Origin: Candidatus Zixiibacteriota bacterium
GTDB taxonomy: Bacteria > Zixibacteria > MSB-5A5 > GN15 > FEB-12
Direction of reading: 5' to 3'
NCBI GenBank assembly: GCA_040752815.1
Contig: JBFMGC010000011.1
Span: forward strand, 6,352 to 70,351
DNA: 64,000 nucleotides
Shown one piece after another: positions 62,299-64,000 of the stretch. Within the stretch, counting starts at the first letter, position 1. Each line of letters begins with the position of its first letter. Under the pieces are notes generated by a model. That model was not told the origin of the DNA. It saw nothing but the letters and a program-made list of their open reading frames with translations, and did not search any database. Both the position numbers and the translations under genes were made by a program.

Positions 62299-62497
62299 AT
62301 GTTAACTCCAAGCCGGGCCTGACTCGCCCGCACCCGAGCAAAAGGTGGATTATTCGGGCTAGGTCGTCAAGTTCAATCTTGCGAGAAACATTGAATTGAG
62401 GTGGCAGGTTTGAAGCAAACCTGCCCTACAAGGCCCGAGTCTTCCTGTCCCGGTTTTTCGGTTTACCCTTGCCGGTGGGCGGCCGATATGCTATCTT

Positions 62498-63163
62498 ATG
62501 CCACTGGAAACATTCCCAGCGACCATGGGCAATCGAAACAAGAGACAACTCCGAGCCGCGTCATCGCTAAATCTCGACCTGTTCCGCCCGGACAACGTTC
62601 AGGTGCCGGCGCCGGCCACGTTGTATTCCAAGATCACTCGATTCGCAGAGGTGTCGCCCGTGCCGTCGCTGGTCGACCGGCATATACCTGTGAACGGGGA
62701 GCAACTGCCGTCAGAAGAGCAACTCTGCCAGCTGTTCGATCACTACAACTGGCTCTACTTCCGCGGGCGACTACGCCGTCCGCGGATCGAATACTCCAGC
62801 CGTATGACCACCGCGGGCGCGTTTTTCCCCAAACTCAAACTGATTCGAATCAGCCGCCGTTATCATGAGCTCTTTCCGGAGGAAATCGCCGACACGCTCA
62901 AACATGAGATGATCCATCTCGTGCATCTGAAACATGATGCCAGCTTCCAGGCTGAGGCGAAGAGGATCGGGGCATCGGTGAAAGCGCGCACCCACCCGCT
63001 CCTGGGGCGGCCGCCGACGTATGTCTACGAGTGCCCCAGTTGCGGTACCGACTTCCCGCGCCAGAAACGACTGGTCATGGCGTCGTGCGGTTACTGCTCC
63101 AAGGGTGGCCAGTACGACCGTCGGTATAAGCTCGTACTGGTTCGGTCGCTCAAGAAGAAGTGA
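62498..63163 (+). CDS. SprT-like zinc metalloprotease domain protein with C-terminal zinc ribbon
   Basis: YNWLYFRGRL.., HEMIHL zincin motif, and CPSCG...CGYC ribbon. The start is uncertain (62498 or ATG 62525). Confidence 0.7.
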   Translation: MPLETFPATMGNRNKRQLRAASSLNLDLFRPDNVQVPAPATLYSKITRFAEVSPVPSLVDRHIPVNGEQLPSEEQLCQLFDHYNWLYFRGRLRRPRIEYSSRMTTAGAFFPKLKLIRISRRYHELFPEEIADTLKHEMIHLVHLKHDASFQAEAKRIGASVKARTHPLLGRPPTYVYECPSCGTDFPRQKRLVMASCGYCSKGGQYDRRYKLVLVRSLKKK

Positions 63164-63430
63164 CTCGGACGATTCAACCCGCGTCAAAGCCGAATGATTT
63201 TTCTCTCAAAATCTGGAGTTTTGGGGTGGGACTGGTGATGGCCGCGGACGTAGATCGGTTAGCCGCCGGTAGTATAAGTCCCTGTGATACAGTATGTTAG
63301 CTTGGCGCCGAGTCCGTACGGGTGGAGTTTTCGATTGCTGACGATTTTCAACGGGAGACCTTGACACGAAGTTGAAAGGGCATATATTTGCAGGCTTTTG
63401 AAAAATGGAGTGCCCCAACGGGTTGACGTT

Positions 63431-63865
63431 ATGAAGACAATTGTGCCTAAAATCGAACCGAAAGACCGCAGGTGGTATCTCGTGGATCTCGAGGGTATCA
63501 CCATGGGCCATGCTGCCGTCCAGGTCGCCAATCTGCTCCGAGGCAAGGAGAAGCCGATCTTCACGCCGCACATAGACACGGGTGACAACGTGATCGCGGT
63601 CAACGCGTCCGGGTTGCGGTTTTCCGGCAAGAAACTAAGTCAGAAAACGTATTATCATTATTCCGGATACCCCGGTGGTTTGAAGAAAGTCGTTCTGGGC
63701 AAAGCGATGAGCCAGCGGCCGGACCGGGTATTCTGGATCGCGGTCAAGCATATGCTGCCGCAGAATCGTCTGGGTCGGAAACAAATCGGAAAGCTGCATG
63801 TCTATGCGGGCGCCGAACATCCCCATTCCGCCCAGAAGCCTGTCAAAGTGAAATTATCCAACTGA
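63431..63865 (+). CDS. rplM: 50S ribosomal protein L13
   Basis: RRWYLVDLEGITMGHAAVQVANLLRGKEKPIFTPHIDTGDNVIAVNA and GMLPQN-like HMLPQNRLGRK. Start is set at ATG 63431. Confidence 0.92.
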   Translation: MKTIVPKIEPKDRRWYLVDLEGITMGHAAVQVANLLRGKEKPIFTPHIDTGDNVIAVNASGLRFSGKKLSQKTYYHYSGYPGGLKKVVLGKAMSQRPDRVFWIAVKHMLPQNRLGRKQIGKLHVYAGAEHPHSAQKPVKVKLSN

Positions 63866-63882
63866 AGTGCGGTAAGACATTG

Positions 63883-64000
63883 ATGGAGCAAAACGTTATT
63901 TCAGCAACGGGTCGGCGCAAGACGGCTGTAGCTCATGCCATGCTCAAACCGGGTAAGGGTGACTTGACGGTCAACGGTCGTCCCCTCTCGGGTTATCTGA
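63883..64000 (+). CDS. rpsI: 30S ribosomal protein S9 (5' part; continues beyond window)
   Basis: MEQNVISATGRRKTAVAHAMLKPGKGDLTVNGRPLSGYL is the canonical S9 N-terminus (GRRK.A.A). It lies directly after rplM, the conserved order. Confidence 0.9.
   Translation, partial: MEQNVISATGRRKTAVAHAMLKPGKGDLTVNGRPLSGYL

Overview
64-kb GC-rich chromosomal segment. Hand counts of single 60-nt lines give about 55-67% G+C in most genes. It comes from a diderm bacterium, probably an uncultivated lineage; the taxon cannot be assigned from sequence alone. I call about 55 protein genes, one tRNA-Pro(UGG), several intrinsic terminators and a few small GC-rich palindromic repeats. I see no rRNA, CRISPR array, transposase or prophage.

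Housekeeping genes: topA (3' part), a xerC/D-type recombinase, argF, rpsT, murJ, comEC, a csp gene, ltaE, rlmN, ctp, ogt, mtnA, yjbQ, rplM and rpsI (5' part).

Type IV pilus genes sit in two loci. pilB-pilT-pilC plus a PilS-like kinase lie at 25.0-31.0 kb. A FimT/GspH-like pilin plus pilM-N-O, an AMIN-PilP fusion and pilQ lie at 47.6-53.7 kb.

Main observations, in order of interest:
1. A co-oriented seven-gene module at 19.5-25.0 kb sits directly upstream of pilB. It encodes a PATAN/DUF4388 protein, a small membrane protein, a TPR-Roadblock fusion, a polytopic-membrane-Roadblock fusion, a Roadblock protein, an MglA-type GTPase and an MglB.
2. The MglA carries an extra ~155-aa Pro/Ala-rich tail ending in a MinD-like amphipathic helix.
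3. A porin plus octahaem HAO-like cytochrome operon is preceded by a perfect FNR/Dnr-type box.
4. A dockerin-like double repeat is shared by three secreted peptidases.
5. One of those peptidases is broken by two frameshifts and is locally AT-enriched.
6. A 26-nt palindromic element occurs twice, in opposite orientations, with a compensatory stem substitution.

All functional calls rest on motif recognition by eye and on memory of protein families. None has been checked by database search.
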